Assembly: GCA_020696385.1 (NCBI GenBank)
Contig: JAEHCQ010000002.1
Coordinates: 128,001 to 192,000 of the forward strand
DNA: 64,000 nt
Direction of reading: 5' to 3'
DNA from: Methanobacteriota archaeon
GTDB taxonomy: Archaea > Thermoplasmatota > Thermoplasmata > SG8-5 > JAGLSY01
Shown here: in pieces, positions 1 through 7,994 of the stretch
Layout: every line of letters starts with the position of its first letter
How positions within the stretch are numbered: position 1 is the first letter of the stretch
Notes under the pieces: model-generated
What the model was told of the DNA's origin: nothing
Databases searched by the model: none
The model's input: the letters and a program-made list of their open reading frames with translations, nothing else
Position numbers and translations under genes: made by a program

Positions 1-1044
1 CCTGTGAAGATGTGTGCGGATTTCATGGCCTCGGTCAAGATGGTCGCTGTCGCGGAAGAGGGAGAGCCACTCCTGGAGAACGACCTCAGCAAGATCGCTT
101 ATCAGAAGGAATTGAAGGTCAAGATCTACGGAAAGAACACGGATCATTTCTCAAGGCGAAACGAGTACAGCCCAGATACCATCAAGGCTGGACTTGGCAA
201 GCTCCTGAACATTCCAGTTAATGATAATAAGTTGGTTCCAAGAGAAGTGGAACTTCCAACCAGGCCACCAAGCCTGTGTCCGGGATGTCCACACAGGCAC
301 ACTTACCATGCCCTGAAGAAAGCACTGGGGCAGAAGTTCAAGGAAGCCATTTATTCTACAGATATCGGATGTTACACTTTGGGTATCCAGTCACCTCTTA
401 ACAGCGCGGATTTTCTGCTATGCATGGGATCCAGCGTGGATGCGGCCGGTGGGTTCTCAAAGGCCACCGATCAGCCAGTACTGGCCTTCCTTGGAGATTC
501 CACCTTTTTCCATTCTGGAATTCATGGATTGATCAATGCAGTTTGGAACGAGCACAAATTCGTTTACACCATACTGGACAACCGAACAACAGCTATGACC
601 GGCCACCAGCCAAACCCAGGTATGGGCAGGCGCGGAGGCGGGGCACCCAGCAAGGGCTCGGACATAGAGAGCATTGTCCGAGGTTGCGGCGTGGACTTCA
701 TCAGAGTTGTTGACCCTAATGATATTAAAGCAACAACCCAGGTCTACAAGGAAGCACTTGCATATGATGGTCTGGCAGTCGTGATCACCAAAAGGGCGTG
801 CGCTTTGCTTGAAGTACGCGAGTGGAAAAAGAATGGCACTTACACACCATACCAGATGGATCAGGAAGTATGCAGGAAGTGCAAGGTGTGCATCAACACA
901 TTCGCCTGCCCAGCCATCGAGCTTAGTAATGACGGGGTGGTATCCATAAATGAAGAATATTGTAATGGATGCGGTGTCTGTGTCCAGGTATGTCCATTTG
1001 GTGCCATTGGCCCAGCGAACAGGGAAATGGAGGTGAAGAAATGA
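1..1044 (+). CDS. iorA: Indolepyruvate:ferredoxin oxidoreductase alpha subunit (5'-truncated by window)
   Basis: RPPSLCPGCPHR, DIGCY, GDSTFFHSG TPP motif, LDNRTTAMTGHQP, C-terminal 2x[4Fe-4S] motifs; frame open to position 1. Confidence 0.95.
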   Translation, partial: PVKMCADFMASVKMVAVAEEGEPLLENDLSKIAYQKELKVKIYGKNTDHFSRRNEYSPDTIKAGLGKLLNIPVNDNKLVPREVELPTRPPSLCPGCPHRHTYHALKKALGQKFKEAIYSTDIGCYTLGIQSPLNSADFLLCMGSSVDAAGGFSKATDQPVLAFLGDSTFFHSGIHGLINAVWNEHKFVYTILDNRTTAMTGHQPNPGMGRRGGGAPSKGSDIESIVRGCGVDFIRVVDPNDIKATTQVYKEALAYDGLAVVITKRACALLEVREWKKNGTYTPYQMDQEVCRKCKVCINTFACPAIELSNDGVVSINEEYCNGCGVCVQVCPFGAIGPANREMEVKK

Positions 1045-1643
1045 GCAAACAGTTAAGGATCGTCATAGTCGGCGTCGGAGGCCAGGGTGTGCTTTCAGCC
1101 GCCAAGAACATAGGAGGAGCCGCACTGGAGGCTGGACATGGTGTCGTCATGTCCGAGGTCCACGGAATGGCCCAGAGGGGCGGCGTGGTCGTCTGCAACA
1201 TATGTATCGGGGATCTGGACAGTTCATTGATAGGCAATGGAGAAGCAGATGTGATACTGTCATTCGAGCCCATCGAGGCCTACAGGGCGCTCAATCTGGC
1301 TAATAAAGATACTATCATAATCACCAACACCGCACCCGTGATACCAGTGACAGCATCGATCGGCGAGATGAAATATCCTGATCTGGATGATATCTTCGCA
1401 GCGATTGATGAGGTCAATTCTAACTTGATTAAGGTGGCTGCCACGGAACTGGCCAAAGAGGCAGGAACTGCTTTGGCCGCCAATACCGTCATGCTCGGAG
1501 CTCTGGCCGCCACTGGTAAGATGCCTGTAAGTGCGGATGATCTGAAGAAGTACATGTTGTCCAAGGTACCACCGAAGACCGTGGAAATGAATGGCAAGGC
1601 CTTTGATATGGGCGTAGAAGCCTGCAATACGGGCAAATGCTAA
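1041..1643 (+). CDS. iorB: Indolepyruvate:ferredoxin oxidoreductase beta subunit
   Basis: GVGGQG, SEVHGMAQRGG, N-x-VMLG motifs; ATG at 1041 overlaps the iorA stop (ATGA), GGAGGTGA SD upstream. Confidence 0.95.
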   Translation: MSKQLRIVIVGVGGQGVLSAAKNIGGAALEAGHGVVMSEVHGMAQRGGVVVCNICIGDLDSSLIGNGEADVILSFEPIEAYRALNLANKDTIIITNTAPVIPVTASIGEMKYPDLDDIFAAIDEVNSNLIKVAATELAKEAGTALAANTVMLGALAATGKMPVSADDLKKYMLSKVPPKTVEMNGKAFDMGVEACNTGKC

Positions 1644-1679
1644 ACTGGCTAGATAAGGGATAAAGTAGATGAAATGACA

Positions 1680-1716
1680 GAAAAAGTAAATCATTACTTT
1701 TTCTGATTATCTTCCA
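1680..1716. repeat. Left direct repeat: copy of the paaK 3' end plus hairpin (att-like)
   Basis: TTACTTTTTCTGATTATCTTCCA (1694-1716) vs TTACTTTTTCCTATTATCTTCCA (3729-3751), 21/23 identical; both preceded by GAAAAAGTAAA, which forms a hairpin. Confidence 0.8.
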
Positions 1717-1797
1717 TCAAGCTCTATCTCATAATTAACAATATCCATGAAAATGTAACCTAGCATATTAGTAGTACGTGGATTCTATGCCTAAAAC

Positions 1798-2292
1798 TTA
1801 TTTTATTAAACACATAACAGGATCTGATTCTTCTTTCTGAGAGGCACTTAATTGTATAGTCGAGTTAATTTCAGAGAGACATATTGCTAATTCATGAAAG
1901 TTATTGACTATTCTATTTTTTAGTGCACCGATAATCATTGGGTTGTCAAGATTATCCATAAAAGTTCTGCAGTCTGTTTTCAAACCTATGCATTCCTTCC
2001 CTAATGAAAAGGCATATCCTAATTCAACACATGCTCCCTCATCTGGAACACGCCCATCCGCAATAAAAATTAAAATATCACATTTTTTAACTTCACTAAT
2101 ATCGAGTTTAAAAATTTCTTCCATTATTTCTATTTTTTCTTTCTCATTCGATATAAATTTAGATAATTCATGTCCATCATGCTGTGGGAGAAATGTTTGA
2201 TATCCCAAATTTATTAAAAACTTATTCAGTTTTGTATTGAATTCTCTCTCGGCTTCAGAGAATAATGGACCTGCAATGTATATTTTTTTCAT
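1798..2292 (-). CDS. Nucleoside 2-deoxyribosyltransferase-family protein (NDT/DNPH1/MilB-like N-glycosidase)
   Basis: IYIAGPLFS, FLPQ, IF-x-LD, DEGACVELGYA (catalytic Glu), NPMI motifs; AT-rich. Confidence 0.9.
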   Translation of the reverse strand: MKKIYIAGPLFSEAEREFNTKLNKFLINLGYQTFLPQHDGHELSKFISNEKEKIEIMEEIFKLDISEVKKCDILIFIADGRVPDEGACVELGYAFSLGKECIGLKTDCRTFMDNLDNPMIIGALKNRIVNNFHELAICLSEINSTIQLSASQKEESDPVMCLIK

Positions 2293-2327
2293 TGTTATCA
2301 GTCCTACATTACCTCATATGATTTAAA

Positions 2328-3557
2328 TCATCCTGGGGGGGTTAGTGAAAGTACTGATTGTTTTGAATTATTATTATCGAATGAAGTAATTCGATTAGGA
2401 ATTATTATTTGCTTAAAAAACATGTCAAAATACCTGTCTGTCATTCCTGCGATATAATCTCTTGTTTTTTCGGCATTATTTGCTTTTGCTAAATAATTTT
2501 TATCTATCCATTTTACCAGCATGAAATTAGGGTAAATTGTTGAATTCGTATTTTTACTATCTAAATCGGTTATTAATTTATTAAATATTTGTTCATACAT
2601 GAATTCAATTTTTGGACTTTCTAAACGTAATCGTTCATTGAGATAGATTGCCTTGTAATTAAATTCTTTATATTTTTGTAAAGCATTCGCTGTTTCTTGG
2701 GAAAACGATATATATTCTTCATCAAAACTATTCTCGATAATATCAATAATTAACGAATTAATAATATCGGCATTATTTTCACCAATAGTGTTTTTAAGAT
2801 TTTCAGGAATTGACTCTTCTGAAATCAATTTTACTTCCAAAGCATCCTGTATATCCCTCCCAAGATAAGCAATAACATCTGAAACTCGAACAACACAGCC
2901 TTCTAATGTCATTGGCATGAAATCAATTTTTTTGTTAGAAATAATTTGAGAAAATTCCTTATCAAAAATATCCCATGTCTTTGTATAATTTGGCTTTAAC
3001 TGTTTTTTCACAACTTCTCCATTATGGCTTAAAATTCCATCCAATACTTGAAGTGTTAGGTTAACATTTTCTACCTTATCTAAAAATTGGATGCTCTGTG
3101 CATTATGTCTAAAATATCCTATTTCATTAGCTAAACAATGGTTGGATAGATAATCTTCCCCGAGATGTCCATATGGAACATGACCTATATCATGGCCTAA
3201 AGAAATTGCTTCTATCAAATCCTCGTTTAACTTAAGGGCACGACCAATTGTACGAGCGATTTTTGACACTAATTGAACATGCAAAACCCGGTGTGTGATA
3301 TGGTCATTATCAACTAAAAAGAAAACCTGTGTTTTGTCAACATATCTTGAATATGCTCTAGTGTGCAGTATTCTATCAGTATCCCGGGAATATTTTGTTC
3401 TTGCATCTTCTAATTTTTTATCTTTTTCCCTTCGAATTCCATCAATACTTTTTGATGCATTTTGACATAAACATTCAGATTCACGTTTATTATTTTGTTC
3501 TATAATTTTCATTTTTAAACTGGGGTTCATTTCTTTCTTATATGGCATCTTCCTCAC
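2328..3557 (-). CDS. dgt: HD-domain dNTP triphosphohydrolase (dGTPase-like)
   Basis: RD-x-DRILH...KTQVF, H...HDIGH-x-PYGH-x-GE, SDVIAY, DYIAGMTD motifs; AT-rich. Confidence 0.9.
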   Translation of the reverse strand: MRKMPYKKEMNPSLKMKIIEQNNKRESECLCQNASKSIDGIRREKDKKLEDARTKYSRDTDRILHTRAYSRYVDKTQVFFLVDNDHITHRVLHVQLVSKIARTIGRALKLNEDLIEAISLGHDIGHVPYGHLGEDYLSNHCLANEIGYFRHNAQSIQFLDKVENVNLTLQVLDGILSHNGEVVKKQLKPNYTKTWDIFDKEFSQIISNKKIDFMPMTLEGCVVRVSDVIAYLGRDIQDALEVKLISEESIPENLKNTIGENNADIINSLIIDIIENSFDEEYISFSQETANALQKYKEFNYKAIYLNERLRLESPKIEFMYEQIFNKLITDLDSKNTNSTIYPNFMLVKWIDKNYLAKANNAEKTRDYIAGMTDRYFDMFFKQIIIPNRITSFDNNNSKQSVLSLTPPG

Positions 3558-3705
3558 ACCTAAGCATACCTAATCATTTAGGACTATAAAGTTTATTCTT
3601 AGAACTTTTTAGCATGCTAAAAAACACTATCCTCTATTAGTGAGAAATCTACAGTATATTGAATCCAATTAAGTCTGGTGCAATTTTCCTGCATAGGAGG
3701 AGTCG

Positions 3706-3751
3706 GAAAAAGTAAAGTAAAATTCACTTTACTTTTTCCTATTATCTTCCA
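3706..3751. repeat. Right direct repeat and hairpin overlapping the paaK stop codon
   Basis: GGAAAAAGTAAAGT...ACTTTACTTTTTCC stem; matches 1680-1716. Confidence 0.8.
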
Positions 3752-5030
3752 CTCTCTTTGCCTTGACAGTGGTCTGTACGATTGAACCTGGATCCAGAAC
3801 ATTCACTGTTGGACCTAGAGTTATGACCGCCTTTATCCCGATTGCCAGAGTCTTGGCCAGTGCCTCGCGATCTGACTCGGGCATGATCTTTTTAGTTTCC
3901 ACATCCACGCGCATCTGATCCATGATCCCCTCTGTGGAAAGTATGATCTTGTAATTGGTACCCACGGCGTCATTACCCATGAGAACGTGCTCGATCTGGC
4001 TCGGGTATATGTTCGTGCCTCTGATGATGATCATGTCGTCGCTACGGCCCTTTATGGGCGCGTGCTTGACATGCGTACGACCGCACTCGCATCCCCCATC
4101 GTAGATGAATGACAGATCGCGAGTTCTGTATCTGAGGATCGGCATGCCTTCCTTGGTTATGGTGGATATCACCATCTCGCCCTCTTCCTCGATACCGACT
4201 GGTTCGCCAGTTTTCGGGTCAATTATCTCAAGCAGGAAATGATCCTCCCAGAGATGAAGTCCATCATGCTGGTCGCAGTCCGTGGAAACTCCTGGCCCAC
4301 ACATTTCCGTTAATCCGTAAATATCATGGACGTCCATATTCCATGTGTCGCATAATTTCTTTTTAAGGCCGGATGAGAACATCTCGGCTCCGAATAGACC
4401 ATTACGAACTTTCAGATCCTTATCTGGCTCCATGCCCATGGAAAGTGCTTTCTGGCCCAGATAAGCCGCGTATGAGGCGACACCCGATACGAAAGTGACG
4501 CCGTAATCTTTCATCAATTGCAATTGGCGTTCGGTCTGGCCGCCGCCTGAAGGAACTACCATCGCGCCCACTTTCATGCCTCCGTAGTGGAAGCCGAAAG
4601 CTCCTGTGAAGAGTCCGTAAGGGATTGGGTTTTGGAAGATGTCTTTCTTGGTAAGACCGCTCATGGAAAGGCATCTGGCCATTACCTCGGACCAGACATC
4701 CAGATCATGCTGCGTGTAGCAGACCGTGATAGGATTGCCAGTGGTTCCGCTGGATGCATGAAGTTCTATACAATTCTCCAGATCAGTTGCCATCAATCCA
4801 AAAGGATAATTATCTCTAAGGTCGTTCTTGACGGTGAAGGGTATCTTCTGAATATCCTCCAGAGTTTTAATGTCGCTGGGCTTCACGCCAACTTTATCAA
4901 GGCCATTTCTATAAAATGGAACATTGTCATAAGCGTGCTTGACAACTCCCCTCAATTTCTCTAACTGAAGTTTTTTCAGCTCCGGTCTTGGCATTGTTTC
5001 CAGTTTCTTATTGAATATGAAATCCGACAT
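3729..5030 (-). CDS. paaK: Phenylacetate--CoA ligase
   Basis: HASSGTTG, YGLFTG, DIYGLTEM-x-GPG, RYRTRD, GRSDDM motifs; ATG at 5030 (ORF extends to 5045). Confidence 0.93.
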   Translation of the reverse strand: MSDFIFNKKLETMPRPELKKLQLEKLRGVVKHAYDNVPFYRNGLDKVGVKPSDIKTLEDIQKIPFTVKNDLRDNYPFGLMATDLENCIELHASSGTTGNPITVCYTQHDLDVWSEVMARCLSMSGLTKKDIFQNPIPYGLFTGAFGFHYGGMKVGAMVVPSGGGQTERQLQLMKDYGVTFVSGVASYAAYLGQKALSMGMEPDKDLKVRNGLFGAEMFSSGLKKKLCDTWNMDVHDIYGLTEMCGPGVSTDCDQHDGLHLWEDHFLLEIIDPKTGEPVGIEEEGEMVISTITKEGMPILRYRTRDLSFIYDGGCECGRTHVKHAPIKGRSDDMIIIRGTNIYPSQIEHVLMGNDAVGTNYKIILSTEGIMDQMRVDVETKKIMPESDREALAKTLAIGIKAVITLGPTVNVLDPGSIVQTTVKAKRVEDNRKK

Positions 5031-5160
5031 CTTATTCACTTCCACTCACTAATCATTATATGCTATAGTAAACTCAACGGTAATAGATGAACATGGATTT
5101 AAAAACTCTGTATTTTGAACTAATAATGAAGACTGGCACAACACCACTAAAGTGATATTG

Positions 5161-5468
5161 TGCCAGGCACCGAGCTTGTCGCCCGCACCACGCACTGGTT
5201 AGTCATTGACCTTCTCGGTTCCGCAACCCTGAGAGCGTCGGTAATATGTGGTAAGGCTGCTCCCGTCAGGGCCTGACCCGGTCTCCACAATCAAGGAAAT
5301 AATGCCGCCCTCCGGCTGCATCATTTTCCACTTCCAACCCCAAAGGACAGAACCTCATGGTCGGACAATGGTCCAACACGGGGCCGGTTACGCCGCACTC
5401 GGCCGTCACCCCTGCTAAAGACGATTTCAGTGTATAAGGGGACGCCTACCCCCCCGGTTAGCCTAGCA
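5161..5468 (-). ncRNA. ffs: Archaeal signal recognition particle (7S) RNA
   Basis: Minus strand: 5' TGCTAGGC pairs with 3' GCCTGGCA; Alu-like GGGGGGGTAGGCGTCCCC...GAAATCG; helix 8 CAGGCCC-TGAC-GGGAGCAG; 308 nt; TTTATATA box ~25 nt upstream. Confidence 0.93.
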
Positions 5469-5489
5469 AATCTGGTTAATAAAGGCAGA

Positions 5490-5497
5490 TATATAAA
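5490..5497 (-). promoter_or_regulatory. TATA box of the SRP RNA gene
   Basis: TTTATATA on the minus strand, 22-29 nt upstream of the predicted 5' end. Confidence 0.65.
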
Positions 5498-5610
5498 ACA
5501 ATCGAAGAATATTCAAAGCAATTGCCAACAAGGGTGGGTGTCAACAATGTCTCAGTGTGGTGGGGGCGGAGCCAGGTGGGGGCAATGTGTTAACAGAGCA
5601 ATTATATTCG

Positions 5611-5756
5611 AACATGCCCCGTCTGGACCATTCAAAGAACATTCAGCAGGGCGGGGTACTCTCAGTGATGTGCTAGCGAGTGACAGTCACAGAGTGCTCT
5701 GATATTCGAAGCCCCGTCCAAAGGGCGGGGAGGTCAATCTCTCTATAATCCTAAAC
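5611..5756 (+). mobile_element. Non-autonomous IS200/IS605-like palindromic element (MITE/PATE), copy 1
   Basis: Left CCCCG...CGGGG hairpin, right GAAGCCCCGTCCAAAGGGCGGGGAGGTCAA hairpin end typical of IS605 right ends; inverted homologue at 31661-31883. Confidence 0.65.
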
Positions 5757-5799
5757 ACGATAGGCGGGAGCCAGGTGGACACGATGTAGCATACCAGCA

Positions 5800-6777
5800 C
5801 TACCGCCAAACAACATCCACATCATCAGTACGAAATCTCTGATCCACCTTTGTCTCGCTGATGTCATGTGCCACCCCGGCCTGGTTCATCAACAGACCGG
5901 TCCAGGCTATCATGGCCCCATTGTCCGAGCATAGAGGACCGGGGGGAACGAACATAGTGGCATCTCTCTCACTGGCCATTATCGTGACCATTTCCTGTAA
6001 CCGCTTGTTCTGGGCCACACCTCCGCCCAGAAGTACTTCCGATGTGCCGAGATGCGCCATCGCCCTCTCGGTGACCTCGACCAGCATTGCGAAGGTAGTC
6101 TCTTGAAGACTATGGGAGATGTTTTCAATTTTGTGTTTATCCTTTTTGGACAGCGCGGCTGTCAAAATACCTGAAAAAGCAATGTCCATACCCTTGACCG
6201 AATAGGGCAGGTCAAGGTATTTGTCTCCATTCCTGGCCATCTTCTCAATGGTCGGGCCTGCTGGGAATGGCATGCCCATCTCTCGCCCGAACTTGTCCAG
6301 CATATTGCCGATGCCGATATCGAGTGTTTCTCCGAAAACTCGATATTTTCCATTGGCAAAAGCGATCACCTGGGTATTGCCTCCAGACACATACAAAAGA
6401 ACTGGATCCTGACAGCCGAACATTCCACGGCCAATTTCCAAGTGAGCGACACAATGATTCACTCCCACTATTGGCTTTTTCAGGGTGAGTGATAATGCCC
6501 TGGCCATCGTGGCCCCGGTACGAAGACACGGGCCCAATCCCGGACCTTGGGCGAAGGCCACCACATCGACTTCCTGCTTGGATATGCCAGCTTTCTCCAT
6601 GGCCAGCTTCAATACACCTGGACCTTTGTCCGCATGATGGTTAGCCGCCTCTCTGGGATGAATGCCACCCTGCTTCGGGCTGTACATGATGGTCTCATTG
6701 GCAAGTATTCGGCATTGATCGTCCACAATGCCCACTCCAAAGCTATGGGCGGTGGATTCGATTCCCAAGCATATCAT
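5800..6777 (-). CDS. kae1: tRNA N6-threonylcarbamoyladenosine synthase Kae1/TsaD (not fused to Bud32)
   Basis: LGIESTAH, GGIHPREAANHH, GPGLGPCL, VNHCVAHLE, DNGAMIA motifs. Confidence 0.97.
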   Translation of the reverse strand: MICLGIESTAHSFGVGIVDDQCRILANETIMYSPKQGGIHPREAANHHADKGPGVLKLAMEKAGISKQEVDVVAFAQGPGLGPCLRTGATMARALSLTLKKPIVGVNHCVAHLEIGRGMFGCQDPVLLYVSGGNTQVIAFANGKYRVFGETLDIGIGNMLDKFGREMGMPFPAGPTIEKMARNGDKYLDLPYSVKGMDIAFSGILTAALSKKDKHKIENISHSLQETTFAMLVEVTERAMAHLGTSEVLLGGGVAQNKRLQEMVTIMASERDATMFVPPGPLCSDNGAMIAWTGLLMNQAGVAHDISETKVDQRFRTDDVDVVWR

Positions 6778-6816
6778 TGGACTTGGATAACTCTAGTCGG
6801 TTAAAAAACTTCTTGA

Positions 6817-6931
6817 GAGTTTGTGGAGTTTGATGAGTTGGAGAGTTCGTAGAGTAACTCTAAGAACTCTATAAACTCCATGAACTCCATGAACTCCATG
6901 AACTCCATGAACTCCATGAACTCTATGAACT
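6817..6931. repeat. 9-bp tandem repeat (AACTCCATG) with inverted degenerate copies, forming a long imperfect palindrome
   Basis: AACTC at 9-bp period from 6856 to 6919 (partial copy at 6928); GAGTT-type copies at 6817-6856; centre TAGAGT-A-ACTCTA. Confidence 0.85.
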
Positions 6932-7182
6932 TATTTACCAATATTCGCTATATCCAGCATTCTGTTCTTGATATTGATCGCACCCTCGGTGGCGACATCA
7001 TTGTGAACGAGTATCGGCATATCCTTCTCTATAAGCTCGTAATAAGCTCCATGAGCCATACCATCCACCGTGGTCATATCCATTATCTGGACATCCAGAC
7101 CATCAGGTATCTTTCCCTTCAGATAGTCGCATTTCTGGCAACCGGGTTTTGTAAATAAAAGTACATCCTCTGTCAAGTGCAT
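6931..7182 (-). CDS. Glutaredoxin/NrdH-like small thioredoxin-fold protein
   Basis: FTKPGCQKC CxxC motif near the N-terminus; MP-ILV cis-Pro motif. Confidence 0.75.
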   Translation of the reverse strand: MHLTEDVLLFTKPGCQKCDYLKGKIPDGLDVQIMDMTTVDGMAHGAYYELIEKDMPILVHNDVATEGAINIKNRMLDIANIGK

Positions 7183-7273
7183 CCCTCTTCAGAAGAGGTA
7201 TGTGAAAAAGGGATAAAAAGCTTTGGTTTTCCTTTGATTTTTCTTTCGTTTTTATGAGATTGTATCACGTATT

Positions 7274-7990
7274 TCAAGGTACCAAAAATATGTCCGCTTC
7301 ATCATCCATGAACACCTGCCAGCTTCCAGTTCCTGAATAGTACTGGAAGGTGCCAGTCACCCGAATCAATGAACCTGTATCGTGATCTCCAATCATGTCA
7401 TTGTCGAATACCACACATACCAATCTATGTGTCGTATTGTCATGGATCTCCTGGAGTTCAAATCCCATGCCTTTTGTGCCATTGGAATCCGATATGATAT
7501 ACGGATCCTCGATCGTTCCCTCAACCCAGACCGTCATGCCATCGAATATTTCAGGGGACAGGAGCAATTGATGGATAGGTATCAGAGCCTCGCCAGCAGC
7601 CTCTATCTTGTAAATATCATTGGAGGAAGATACCACTAATTCGAATACATCTTGATAGGTTTCTATAACCCCGGTGAACTGAAATACAGCCCCAGGAGAT
7701 GGTCCAGGCTCGTCATTGACATAGTCATTATAAACATCCGACTGTACATAAACAACAATGCTGGCATTGGTTTCTGGATCCACGAGTTCGCATGACATGG
7801 ATCCGTCCTCCATGATCCTCACCTCTTTTACAGTGCCACTGATCCTTGCAAGATAGCCCACATCCTCATGCCCGATGTCCGCGATATTCATATCCTGAGG
7901 TTCGATGGTCGCTGCATAAAAATAGAGAGCGATGACCCCGGTGACAGATACAGCAATGGCGAATGCCAGTAGCTTTCTATTATCCAGCAT
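7274..7990 (-). CDS. Membrane-anchored tandem OB-fold protein
   Basis: N-terminal hydrophobic helix; two ISGTV/VEGTI...TG-x-I/F-x-Y OB-like units. Confidence 0.7.
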   Translation of the reverse strand: MLDNRKLLAFAIAVSVTGVIALYFYAATIEPQDMNIADIGHEDVGYLARISGTVKEVRIMEDGSMSCELVDPETNASIVVYVQSDVYNDYVNDEPGPSPGAVFQFTGVIETYQDVFELVVSSSNDIYKIEAAGEALIPIHQLLLSPEIFDGMTVWVEGTIEDPYIISDSNGTKGMGFELQEIHDNTTHRLVCVVFDNDMIGDHDTGSLIRVTGTFQYYSGTGSWQVFMDDEADIFLVP

Positions 7991-7994
7991 GTGA

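Noticed and set aside
5430-5702. 90-aa ORF
   Set aside because: Overlaps the SRP RNA and the mini-element; no recognisable motifs.
5740-5802. Pyrrolysine read-through of the kae1 TAG into a fused Bud32
   Set aside because: The downstream frame stops again within ~20 codons and has no kinase motifs.
6880-7158. ORF starting MNSMNSMNS...
   Set aside because: Artefact of the 9-bp repeat, antisense to the glutaredoxin-like gene.
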